DNA of 42,607 bases. Origin: Bacteroidia bacterium (GTDB lineage: Bacteria > Bacteroidota > Bacteroidia > NS11-12g > UBA9320). The number at the start of each line of letters is the position of its first letter. Position 1 is the stretch's first letter. Below, one piece after another: positions 1 to 8,600 of this stretch. The stretch covers positions 1 to 42,607 of the forward strand of contig JBDNFQ010000202.1 in NCBI GenBank assembly GCA_041689715.1, read 5' to 3'. The notes under the pieces were generated by a model, which had not been told where the DNA came from, searched no databases, and saw only the letters and a program-made list of their open reading frames with translations. A program made the translations under genes and the position numbers.

Positions 1-1
1 T

Positions 2-103
2 AAAGTAATCGTTTTTAAGAAAAAAAGAAGAAAAGGATACAAAGTAAGAAACGGTCACAGACAGTATCTTACACAAATTCAAATTGAAAGTATAAAAGGA
101 TAA
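2..103 (+). CDS. rplU: 50S ribosomal protein L21, C-terminal fragment (gene runs off the 5' edge of the window)
   Basis: Frame 2 reads [33 protein letters not shown] then TAA at 101-103. This is a basic L21-type C-terminus, and rpmA starts 4 nt later in the canonical rplU-rpmA arrangement. Confidence 0.85.
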   Translation, partial: KVIVFKKKRRKGYKVRNGHRQYLTQIQIESIKG

Positions 104-107
104 TATA

Positions 108-359
108 ATGGCACACAAAAAAGGAGCAGGTAGTAGTAAGAACGGTAGAGAGTCAGAAAGTAAACGACTTGGTGTTAAAATATTTGGAGGGCAAGAGTGT
201 ATTGCCGGTAATATTATCGTAAGACAAAGAGGAACTACACATCATCCAGGCGATAACGTTGGGATCGGAAGAGATCATACTTTATTTGCTTTAATAGATG
301 GTAAGGTAGAGTTTAAGAAAAAAGCAAATAAACGCTCGTTCGTAAGCGTTGTAAATTAA
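108..359 (+). CDS. rpmA: 50S ribosomal protein L27
   Basis: 83 aa. [24 protein letters not shown]...[10 protein letters not shown] is the highly conserved L27 N-terminus. Confidence 0.97.
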   Translation: MAHKKGAGSSKNGRESESKRLGVKIFGGQECIAGNIIVRQRGTTHHPGDNVGIGRDHTLFALIDGKVEFKKKANKRSFVSVVN

Positions 360-361
360 AT

Positions 362-385
362 AATCTTGGCTTTTTGCCTAAGATT
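362..385 (+). terminator. Probable intrinsic terminator of rplU-rpmA
   Basis: Hairpin aatcttggc / ttttt loop / gcc(t)aagatt with one bulge, directly after the rpmA stop and followed by an A/T-rich tail. Confidence 0.45.
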
Positions 386-511
386 ATAAATTTTCACGGT
401 CTGTTGAGAGAACAACCTTCGTATAGACATTCTTTTGTAGACAGAAAATCAATATGATTAGATCTACTGATATTTTTAGTAAGAAATGATTGCGGGTGTA
501 ATTAATAACAT

Positions 512-519
512 TATATTTG
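512..519 (+). promoter_or_regulatory. Candidate Bacteroidota -7 promoter box (TATATTTG) with no CDS downstream
   Basis: Exact match to the TAnnTTTG -7 consensus. The same octamer sits upstream of tRNA-Leu at 5152-5159. Downstream are only hairpins and a terminator. Confidence 0.3.
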
Positions 520-525
520 TATCAT

Positions 526-658
526 ACAATAAGCCAATCACTACTGCTAGTTTAAGACTAGTAATATAGATTAAAGACCTTGGGCGTTCTAGCCCAAGAT
601 TTAGAGTTTTCATAGTCAATTGAGAAGGCTTCCGCAAGGAGGCCTTCTCTTATTTATA
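526..658 (+). ncRNA. Candidate small RNA (~130 nt, family unknown)
   Basis: Three consecutive hairpins at 542-566, 579-598 (cttgggc/gcccaag) and 622-649 (12-bp stem with a GCAA tetraloop), followed by a T-rich tail. A TAnnTTTG box precedes them. There is no ORF over 11 codons. Boundaries are estimates. Confidence 0.3.
622..658 (+). terminator. Strong stem-loop with T-rich tail (plus-strand orientation)
   Basis: gagaaggcttcc-GCAA-ggaggccttctc (12 bp, one G-U pair) followed by tcttatttat. The reverse orientation lacks a T tail, so it fits a plus-strand transcript better than yggS. Confidence 0.5.
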
Positions 659-695
659 AGAAACCGTACTTTATTTTGAAAACAATAGCTTTACT

Positions 696-1340
696 TTAAC
701 TGAATATTTTACTGCCAATACGAATCATGCTACTACCACAATCTAGTGCAGTAAGGTAGTCGCCGCTCATTCCCATACTAAGTATGTCAAACTCAAAGTC
801 CTTAGCATACTTATCATATGTAGCCTTTAGACCTGTGAATTCGGATATTATTTGATTGCCATCTTCTGTATTCGTAGCCATTCCCATTAAGCCTTTACAT
901 CTTACGCTTGTTAGAGCCGTATAGTCCTCACTTTCTAAAATGATTTGTAGCTCTGCTTGTGATAAACCAAATTTAGTTTCTTCTTGTGCAATATGCATTT
1001 GAAACAAGAAATCTATAACTCTGCCTGCTTTTGTAGCTTCTTTATCTATTGTTTTTAGCAGTTTTAGACTGTCTACTGAGTGTATGAGGTGCACAAATGG
1101 GGCTATATATTTAACTTTGTTAGTCTGTAAGTGACCTATAATATGCCAATTTATATCTTTGGGTAAGGTTTCATACTTATCTACAAGTTCCTGTACTCTG
1201 TTTTCACCAAAGTCCCTATGGCCACATGAGTATACGGTCTGCAGTTCCTCCAAACTGCGATATTTAGAAACTACAACTAATTTTGTATTTCCTATATCTT
1301 CCTCTATTTCTTGAATATTTTTGCATATCGAATGATTCAT
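696..1340 (-). CDS. yggS: YggS-family pyridoxal-phosphate-binding (PLP homeostasis) protein
   Basis: 214 aa. It has LVVVSKYRS (PLP lysine context), GENRVQE, HIIGHLQTNKV, SMGMSGD and IRIGSKIF, all typical of the YggS/alanine-racemase N-terminal fold. Confidence 0.9.
   Translation of the reverse strand: MNHSICKNIQEIEEDIGNTKLVVVSKYRSLEELQTVYSCGHRDFGENRVQELVDKYETLPKDINWHIIGHLQTNKVKYIAPFVHLIHSVDSLKLLKTIDKEATKAGRVIDFLFQMHIAQEETKFGLSQAELQIILESEDYTALTSVRCKGLMGMATNTEDGNQIISEFTGLKATYDKYAKDFEFDILSMGMSGDYLTALDCGSSMIRIGSKIFS
1316..1323 (+). promoter_or_regulatory. Candidate -7 box (TATTTTTG) for the DUF4296 gene/mutS2 operon
   Basis: Exact TAnnTTTG match 8 nt upstream of the ATG at 1332. It lies inside the yggS coding sequence on the other strand. 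Confidence 0.35.
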
Positions 1341-1670
1341 AACTTGAGAACAAAAATACTTTTATTGTGGTTTTTAATAGCTTCAGCATCTTGCACACAA
1401 AAAGATGCTTTATCTGTTGGTATATTGACAGAAGAGCAAATGGTAGCAGTGATAACAGATATACAACTATTAGAGGCAGCTCAAGGTGAAGTAAATATGC
1501 CTCTAGAAACTCAAAATGCTATGCGAGACACTAATTATATTACTGTGTTTAACAAGCACAGTACTACAGCTTTCCAGTTTGATAGTAGTATGCGAGTATA
1601 TACCAAGCATCCTAAATTAATGGGGGAGATATTAGAAAATGTAAGTAAGCGTATAAACGGTTATAACTAG
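1332..1670 (+). CDS. DUF4296-like lipoprotein
   Basis: Signal peptide with lipobox (LIASASC), then LTEEQMVAVITDIQLLEAA, which resembles DUF4296 proteins of Bacteroidota. ATG 1332 is preferred over the TTG at 1311 used by the ORF track. Confidence 0.65.
   Translation: MIHNLRTKILLLWFLIASASCTQKDALSVGILTEEQMVAVITDIQLLEAAQGEVNMPLETQNAMRDTNYITVFNKHSTTAFQFDSSMRVYTKHPKLMGEILENVSKRINGYN
1351..1358 (-). promoter_or_regulatory. Candidate -7 box (TATTTTTG on the minus strand) for yggS
   Basis: Plus strand reads CAAAAATA, an exact TAnnTTTG match on the minus strand, 10 nt upstream of the yggS ATG at 1340. It lies inside the DUF4296 coding sequence. Confidence 0.35.
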
Positions 1671-4009
1671 TGTTTTATCCTAAGAATATTGCAACTAAAC
1701 TAGGTTTTGATTTAGTATTAGATGCCGCAAAAGCACATTGTGCTACGTCTCTCGGTTTAGCTCATTTTGATAGGCTAAAGTGTAGCACAGATTTAGATCA
1801 AGTAAATCTGTGGCTGGGTCAAACAGAAGAAATAAAGGAGATTATAGGTAATGGAGAACTGCCATTAAACTTGGAGTTAGATTTTGATCTACACTATAGC
1901 CGAGCCAAAATAGAAGGATTTTTTTATGAAGTAGAGACCATTCGGCAATTAGCTGGTGTGGTATCTGCTTTGCAAGATGTACTTGCATATACAGCGAAAA
2001 CACAAGATAAATATCCTAAGTTATTTTCCTTGTTTATAGGTGTAGATGTAGATTTTGACATTTTAGTTGAGGTCAATAGAATAATAGGTGTAGAAGGGGT
2101 GATAAAGTCCTCTGCTAGCCCTGCTTTAGCTAAAATCCTTAATGCAATAACCAAGTCAGAAAAAAATATTCTCTCTAGTTCTATTAGCCTTTTTAATAAG
2201 GCAAAGGCTAGTGGTCTGTTAGGTGATACAGAGATTGGTATAAAAAATGGGCGTATGGTACTACCTGTATTGTCTGAGTATAAAAGAAAGATAAAAGGAG
2301 TTCTTATAGATCAGTCTAACACAGGAAAAATATCCTACATAGAGCCGCTAGAATTAGTCTCACTTAATAATGTATTATCAGAGCTCCACATTAAGAAAAG
2401 GCAAGAGATAGTAAGTATCCTTAGAAAGCTCACAGCTATGATAGTTTTAAGTCTGGATGATATAAGACAAGGAATTGTGAAACTATCTGTATATGATTTT
2501 ATACGTGCAAAGGCTAGACTAGCAAGCGAATGGAGGTGTATACATCCCAAAATAGATAAGCAAGTTGAGGTGACCAAGGCAAAGCACCCACTATTAGAGC
2601 AAAGGCTTTTACAGGAAACAAAAAACATAGTACCCATAGATTATAGTTTCAATGATGAGCAAAAGCTTATTGTGATTTCTGGACCAAATGCTGGTGGAAA
2701 ATCAGTTTCACTAAAAACCATTGGATTACTACAGTATATGCTGCAGTCCGGTTTTTTAGTCCCTTGTGATTCTACAAGTAATTTCAGAGTGTATAAAAAA
2801 ATATTTATAGATATAGGAGATGACCAGAGCATAGAATCTGACCTAAGTACATATAGTTCGCATCTAAAGGCTGCAAAGCATATTATCAATTTTTGTGATA
2901 GCGAAACTATGGTTTTAATGGATGAAATAGGTACAGGAACGGACCCTATGTTTGGGGGACCTATGGCAGAGGCTATTCTAGAAGTCATACATCAGAAAGA
3001 AGCTCAAGGAATCATAACAACTCACTTTAGTAATATAAAAGCAAAAGCAGATAAGCTAGAGGGTGTAGTAAATGCAGCTATGCTATTTGATATAGATAAA
3101 CTAGAGCCTATGTATAAATTAAAAATAGGGCAACCAGGAAGCTCATTTGCATATGAGGTAGCGGCCAACATAGGGTTAAATAAAAAATTAATAAAAAGGG
3201 CTAAAGCTTTAACCAATACAAAGCAATATGATCTTGATGCCTTATTAGCAGAAGTGCAATCCGAGCAAGAAAAGGTAAGGTCTGAACAAATAGAATTGAA
3301 TAAAAGACTAAGCGAGGCTCAATTAATAGAGCAAGAGTACAAGGTTTTGAAACAAGAAATAGAGAGTAAAAAGAAAGATATACTAGACCAAGCAAAATAC
3401 CAGGCTCAAGGCATTATAGAAAATGCAAATAGAGAAATAGAAAAAACTATCCGTCTTATAAAGGAGTCTAATGCAGATAAATATAAAACGCAAATAGCTC
3501 GTAAAGCCTTAGAAAAGAATCTAGAAACCACAGAAGTTATACTAGAGAAGGAAAAAGCTACTTTTAAGGTGGGAGATAAGGTGCTGATAGCAGACACCAG
3601 TTCTATAGGTGAAATAGTAGAAATAAAGAAGAATAAAGCTACACTACAAGTCGGCTCTATTACCACTAAAACTAATATTAATAAAATAGAGCATGTTGGT
3701 AGGAAAACAGAAGCAGCTGTAAAAAAATATATTAGTGCTCAGTCTTATATGGATAAGCAGTTTAGTTTTAAAGCAGAGAAAGATATCCGAGGAATGAGAA
3801 CCTATGATGCATTACAGGAGATAGATTCTTGGATAGATAGTGCTATTATTCTCGGCATTAACTCGTTACGAGTGTTACATGGCAAAGGAGACGGGATTCT
3901 GAAAAATGAAATCAGAAGACATTTAAAACCTAATAGTGCTATAAAATCTATCCGGTATGAACGGGTGGAATTAGGAGGTGAAGGTATAAGTATCATTGAA
4001 CTGAAATAG
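1670..4009 (+). CDS. mutS2: Endonuclease MutS2 (MutS domain V ATPase plus C-terminal Smr domain)
   Basis: 779 aa. It has the Walker A motif ISGPNAGGKS, DEIGTGTDP, TTHF, a long coiled-coil linker, and an Smr tail (DIRGMRTYDA...LRVLHGKGDGILK). GTG start overlaps the upstream stop by 1 nt. Confidence 0.93.
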   Translation: MFYPKNIATKLGFDLVLDAAKAHCATSLGLAHFDRLKCSTDLDQVNLWLGQTEEIKEIIGNGELPLNLELDFDLHYSRAKIEGFFYEVETIRQLAGVVSALQDVLAYTAKTQDKYPKLFSLFIGVDVDFDILVEVNRIIGVEGVIKSSASPALAKILNAITKSEKNILSSSISLFNKAKASGLLGDTEIGIKNGRMVLPVLSEYKRKIKGVLIDQSNTGKISYIEPLELVSLNNVLSELHIKKRQEIVSILRKLTAMIVLSLDDIRQGIVKLSVYDFIRAKARLASEWRCIHPKIDKQVEVTKAKHPLLEQRLLQETKNIVPIDYSFNDEQKLIVISGPNAGGKSVSLKTIGLLQYMLQSGFLVPCDSTSNFRVYKKIFIDIGDDQSIESDLSTYSSHLKAAKHIINFCDSETMVLMDEIGTGTDPMFGGPMAEAILEVIHQKEAQGIITTHFSNIKAKADKLEGVVNAAMLFDIDKLEPMYKLKIGQPGSSFAYEVAANIGLNKKLIKRAKALTNTKQYDLDALLAEVQSEQEKVRSEQIELNKRLSEAQLIEQEYKVLKQEIESKKKDILDQAKYQAQGIIENANREIEKTIRLIKESNADKYKTQIARKALEKNLETTEVILEKEKATFKVGDKVLIADTSSIGEIVEIKKNKATLQVGSITTKTNINKIEHVGRKTEAAVKKYISAQSYMDKQFSFKAEKDIRGMRTYDALQEIDSWIDSAIILGINSLRVLHGKGDGILKNEIRRHLKPNSAIKSIRYERVELGGEGISIIELK

Positions 4010-4241
4010 AGATAAGAATTACTGTTCGTTAGTTTTTTTTATTATTGTCGTTGAGCATATTGATTAATTGTCCCAAGATTTTATTGCCATTTTATCAGAA
4101 TTGTATAGTACCATTTGCTGTTTACTTAAGAGAAGACACCGAATACTAATTGTGATTATTCTTTAAACAGTGTCCAACTATAATGAATAATTTTATGGAC
4201 CTTTGTAACTCTTAATTACAAGTAACTAGTACGTTAAAATA

Positions 4242-4640
4242 ATGAAACAACTTTTCAGACACGGAGATACCAAAGAGTTCTATAAGACTGTAGGTAAAAA
4301 GGATGTAGCCATTTTTAATGGTGTACAAATACACCCTTATTACAGTACATATGCCTTGGCTAGAGATGCCGAGTTGACTAGTAGACTGTTTGTGTTAGAT
4401 ATGAAGGAAGTGGATGAAGAAGGAATTGGTACTTTTGTAGATATAAAACATAAAAGTCCTGCCCCTATTGGTTCAGAAGTACGATTTATAGCTACACTTA
4501 AGAGTGTAATTTATAATGAGATCATTTGCACTATCACAGCTAAAGTGGGTATGAGGCTAATAGCTACGATAGAAACTGGGCAAAAGATTCTAAACGAGGA
4601 AGAGTTAGAAAGCTTAAAAAGGGTAGCAAACAGTGGCTAA
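4242..4640 (+). CDS. Hotdog-fold thioesterase (FlK-like family)
   Basis: 132 aa. The pattern VHPxYST..L....E and the length are typical of small hotdog thioesterases. The family is assigned from memory of the motif, and the substrate is unknown. Confidence 0.6.
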   Translation: MKQLFRHGDTKEFYKTVGKKDVAIFNGVQIHPYYSTYALARDAELTSRLFVLDMKEVDEEGIGTFVDIKHKSPAPIGSEVRFIATLKSVIYNEIICTITAKVGMRLIATIETGQKILNEEELESLKRVANSG

Positions 4641-5094
4641 GAAAAAGACACGAGATAATAGTATTACGGTCAATCGAAGAGCCTCTTTTGAATACACATT
4701 AGAGGATAAATTTGAGGCGGGACTTGTGTTGACTGGCCCGGAGATAAAATCTGTGCGAGAAAAGAAGGTGAGTATATCTGAAGCCTACTGTTATATAGAT
4801 CCTAAGGGTATTCTCAAAATAAAAGGTATGCGTATCTCTGAGTTTAAGAATGCTGGATATGTCGTACAAAATCCAGATAGAGAAAAGCTGCTTTTATTAC
4901 AAAAAGCGGAGCTTAAGAAAATCAATAATAAGCTTAAAGATCAGGGTAATACTTTAGTGCCTTTGGTGCTATTTATTTCGCCAAAGGGATTTGCTAAGCT
5001 AGAAATAGCAATAGGTAAAGGAAAAAAATACCATGACAAGAGAGAAAGTCTAAAAGACAAGGATATTAAACGAGAAATCGATAGATATTCTTAG
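4633..5094 (+). CDS. smpB: SsrA-binding protein SmpB
   Basis: 153 aa. NRRASFEYTLEDKFEAGLVLTGPEIKSVR and the basic C-terminal tail are classic SmpB. GTG start overlaps the thioesterase gene by 8 nt. Confidence 0.93.
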   Translation: MAKKKTRDNSITVNRRASFEYTLEDKFEAGLVLTGPEIKSVREKKVSISEAYCYIDPKGILKIKGMRISEFKNAGYVVQNPDREKLLLLQKAELKKINNKLKDQGNTLVPLVLFISPKGFAKLEIAIGKGKKYHDKRESLKDKDIKREIDRYS

Positions 5095-5151
5095 GTTGGA
5101 CACTAAAATATTTATTTTATAGAATCTTGTTTTCTAGTTTATAGTCCAAGT

Positions 5152-5159
5152 TATATTTG
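5152..5159 (+). promoter_or_regulatory. Candidate -7 box (TATATTTG) for tRNA-Leu
   Basis: Exact TAnnTTTG match 28 nt upstream of the mature tRNA 5' end. Confidence 0.4.
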
Positions 5160-5186
5160 CATCGTAATAAGTTCCGTATTTTATAC

Positions 5187-5272
5187 GCTCACGTGGTGAA
5201 ATTGGTAGACACGCCAGCTTGAGGGGCTGGTGTTCGCTTTAGGACGTGCTGGTTCGAATCCAGTCGTGAGCA
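5187..5272 (+). tRNA. tRNA-Leu (anticodon GAG), class II with long variable arm
   Basis: Acceptor stem gctcacg/cgtgagc. D-arm is gtgaaattggtagacac. Anticodon stem ccagc/gctgg carries the loop TTGAGGG, giving anticodon GAG. The variable arm is long and the T-arm is ggttcgaatcc. CCA is not encoded. It closely resembles E. coli tRNA-Leu(GAG). Confidence 0.93.
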
Positions 5273-5274
5273 CT

Positions 5275-5315
5275 AGGTGACTAATCGTAAAAAGGTTAGT
5301 CACCTCTTTTTTTTT
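5275..5315 (+). terminator. Intrinsic terminator after tRNA-Leu
   Basis: Perfect 10-bp stem aggtgactaa/ttagtcacct with an 11-nt loop, followed by a run of 9 T. Confidence 0.85.
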
Positions 5316-5560
5316 AATACATACTCTTTCTATTCGATAGCACTTTTTTTAGAATATTTTTTTACACTATATTTTAAGTATTTAAGTGTTTTAAATTCAA
5401 TAATAAATCTTCAATAGGCATAAAGAATAAATGTGAGTAAGCATCTACTCTGGTACAAAGAATAAAGCATATTCACGTATATTAGATTCTCTTTTGTTGA
5501 TTGCTTATTCTTTAAATGGGATAGCATGAGATAGATCAAGGTACTTATTGTATTACATAA

Positions 5561-5595
5561 AAAAATCCCGCTCTCATTTCTGAGGCGGGATTTTT
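5561..5595 (-). terminator. Intrinsic terminator of the giant T9SS gene (bidirectional shape)
   Basis: Stem aaatcccgc/gcgggattt flanked by an A run and a T run, 19 nt downstream of the TAA at 5615-5617 on the minus strand. Confidence 0.8.
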
Positions 5596-5614
5596 GCTTT
5601 TGCATCAAGTGTAT

Positions 5615-8600
5615 TTAGTCGATTATCAACTTAATGCGTTGTTTTACTGATTCTTCGTTTTCTATTTCTATTATATAAAGCCCTGCTTTGAATGCAGAAA
5701 CATCTATAACTTTCTCTTTTTTGAAAGAACTAAGCTTACCAGTATATAGCAATTTGCCGTCCACAGTAAGTAATCGTATCTCGCAATCGCCGTAAATACC
5801 GTCAGTAGTTACTGTTATTACTTCAGAAGCTGGATTTGGATAGACACTTAAGTATTGATTTATATCCATATTGGGTACAGATACTTTATCACATTTTGGG
5901 AGCTCTACACAAACATCTGCATAACATTTACTTCCGTTTGCTGGATTGGTTATCAATATTCTGAAGCAAATTTTATTTCCTGCATCAGATACTGAATTAT
6001 CAGTAAAAATGGCAGTCATACTATTCCAATTCACAGGTACAGGATTAGGAGTAATGCTAGAGAAGGTACCTTCTGCTATTGGTAGTATCTGCACATTTGC
6101 TGGTCCGCCAGTTGAGTTAAGGATATCAAAGTTGAGCACGTAGTTCCAAGTACCATCCGCTAGTTGTTTATTACATTGTGCTCTAAGTTTTTCTACCTTA
6201 AGATCACATAATTCTCCGCAGTCATCTGTCTTTATAACGAAATCTTTCTTGCACGTTTCCTTTGTTATGGGATTATAAATATAAGCAACTATGTTTATTC
6301 CTCCTGGACTGTAGCTTGGCAAGTCAGTATAGGTGAAACATACCGTGTTGATTCCGTTATTAATAAGCATTGGACTAGGAGAGAAGGTAGAAGAAGGAGA
6401 TGATAGTGTAACTTCTGAGCCACTATTCCCACTCCAAAGGATATCCATACAGCCATAATACATTGGATTCCCGCTGCCATCTAATCCAGCACAGGTGAAC
6501 GATTGTTGTGGTTTGATAGTTACTTCACATTCATCTTTTGGACAATTAGGAAGGGTCATACAAACTATAGTATCGCACTTATTCTTTTGGTCGGATATAG
6601 TAAAAGTGAAGCAAGCTGTACCTGTAAGAGGAGATATATCTGTAAACACTGCATTTACAGTATTGAGTCCTAATACTAGTGTAGCAGGAGTGATAGCAAC
6701 AATGGTACCATCAGGAGATGTGACACTTAAATTAGCACCAGAGCTCACCGTGTTGTTAAGGATAAAAGCCATATTATATTGTTGGTTTCCAGCAGCATCT
6801 ATTTTGCCACATTCCAGCATTACACAAGCGTATATATTACAATTGTCGTAGCTGCAGTCTACAAAGTCTATTGCTATATCCTCAGACTCTATTTCGCAAC
6901 CAGCGACATTTGTAATAACCACAGTATATATTCCACTTTGGTGTAAAGGCACGTCAAGTACAGAAGTTGTAGCTCCAAGTATTGAGTTGCCATTAAAGTA
7001 CCACTGGTAAGAAGCGTATCCTATTGGGGAATACCATTTTAAAGATGTTACGGTATCACATATGTCATAGCATCCAGTCATCATTCCACATAAGTCCGGA
7101 AGACGGTGTATAATAACTTTTTTACTATTTTCACATCCATTACTGTCTACTACTGTAGCTTGGTATATATTTGGAATAGGTGTAACTAAGCTATCATTTA
7201 CTAATCCCGTACTCCAATAATAGAAGTCTAGAATAGTAGAGGTGCTACTAGCCACAAGTATATTGTTATCACCTTGACACAGTGTACCTGTAGTAGCAAT
7301 AGTAAGAGGAGGTAAGCCATTTACTACATAGTTAAATGTGTCTCTAGCTGTGCATCCAAATGTATTAGTTACCTCTACTATAGCAGAATGACTACCTACA
7401 GAGTTGGCTGGGTAAAACGAGTTACTTCCAGTGGAATACGAACCGCCATCAAAAGACCAAGAGAATGTATGTCCCATATTTGGGGAAGCTACAAATACAA
7501 ACTCTCCATTATTGAAACAGTACTCATTTTCACCGAGTATAGTAGCATTAGGTATTGGGTTTACCAGAATAGTCGTGTCAGCCACTTTTAAGAAGCATCC
7601 TTTAGCATCATATATGTCTACGCCATAATTTCCTGTTTGCTTAGTTTTAATGGTTTGTGTGGTCTCTATGGTAGTCCATAGGTAATCATACGGAACATAA
7701 CCACCAGTTATATTAGCTGTTATATTTACGCTATCGCCAAAACAAAATTCATCTGGGCCGGATAGTGCAAGCGTACCAGACAATGTGTTTGGCAGTACAG
7801 TGATACTTTGTTGTGAATTGGCCAGACAACCATACTGATTAGTAATAGTAAGTGTAGTAATATATACACCTGCGGCACTATAAGCTCTGACAGGATCATC
7901 TAAGAGTGAAGATGCACCATCACCAAATTGCCAATCGAGACCTAATATAGGAGCGGAATTATTGGTAAATTGCACGGGAACACCCACACATACTGAATCT
8001 ACCGATGTGAATGAAGCTGCGGTAGGAGCTACAATGGTAATACTCTGAGTAAACTCACATATGCCTACTACTTTTAGGGTGATATTATATGTACCTGGAG
8101 ATAAACTAGTCGTAAAATCTGTCGATGTAGATGCGGTTGCACCTCCATTGATATGCCAAGTATAAGTTGGGCTAGGAGCAAGAGCAAATATCTTGGTGGT
8201 ATTATCAAAGGTTACCGTATAACTAGTTGAATAGTCCACACAATTGATGATCGGATAAAAGTCTGGAACATAATTGATAGTATCAGATACTTGCACACAT
8301 ACTCGACAAGAGTCACTACTTGTGGCATTTGCGTCTGGTACTTTACCACAAAGTTCTGTTCTATAGATGCCTGGCTCCGTGTAGGTATGAAGTACATTGT
8401 TGCCTGTGGCAGAATTGCTTCCTGGGTTAAAATCATCATCAAAGTCCCAATTCAAATCAAAAACATTACTAGCAGAATACGTAAAACTATCGGTGTTGCA
8501 ACCAAGTCTATCTATAGTAAAACTAAGTGAATGATTTTCAGGTTTACAGCTACCGCAGTTGATGTAACGAATATTTATCGTGTTACTAGTAGACGAGCAA

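Noticed and set aside
1924-3996. Seven minus-strand ORFs of 64-115 aa inside mutS2
   Set aside because: They are antisense to a well-conserved, motif-rich gene. Their products are low-complexity (Ser/Ile/Leu/Phe-rich) mirror translations of a Lys/Glu-rich frame, and they have no recognisable motifs.
4119-4175. 7-bp stem (ctgttta/taaacag) with a ~40-nt loop in the mutS2-thioesterase spacer
   Set aside because: The stem is too short and the loop too large to count as a structure. No T tail or promoter box is associated with it.
5411-5608. 65-aa minus-strand ORF between tRNA-Leu and the giant gene
   Set aside because: It begins across the terminator hairpin of the giant gene (5561-5595). It lies in AT-rich spacer DNA and has odd composition and no family resemblance.
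5187-5614. Possible integrated element at the tRNA-Leu 3' end
   Set aside because: There is no integrase or recombinase gene. I saw no direct repeat of the tRNA 3' end downstream. A strong terminator follows the tRNA directly.
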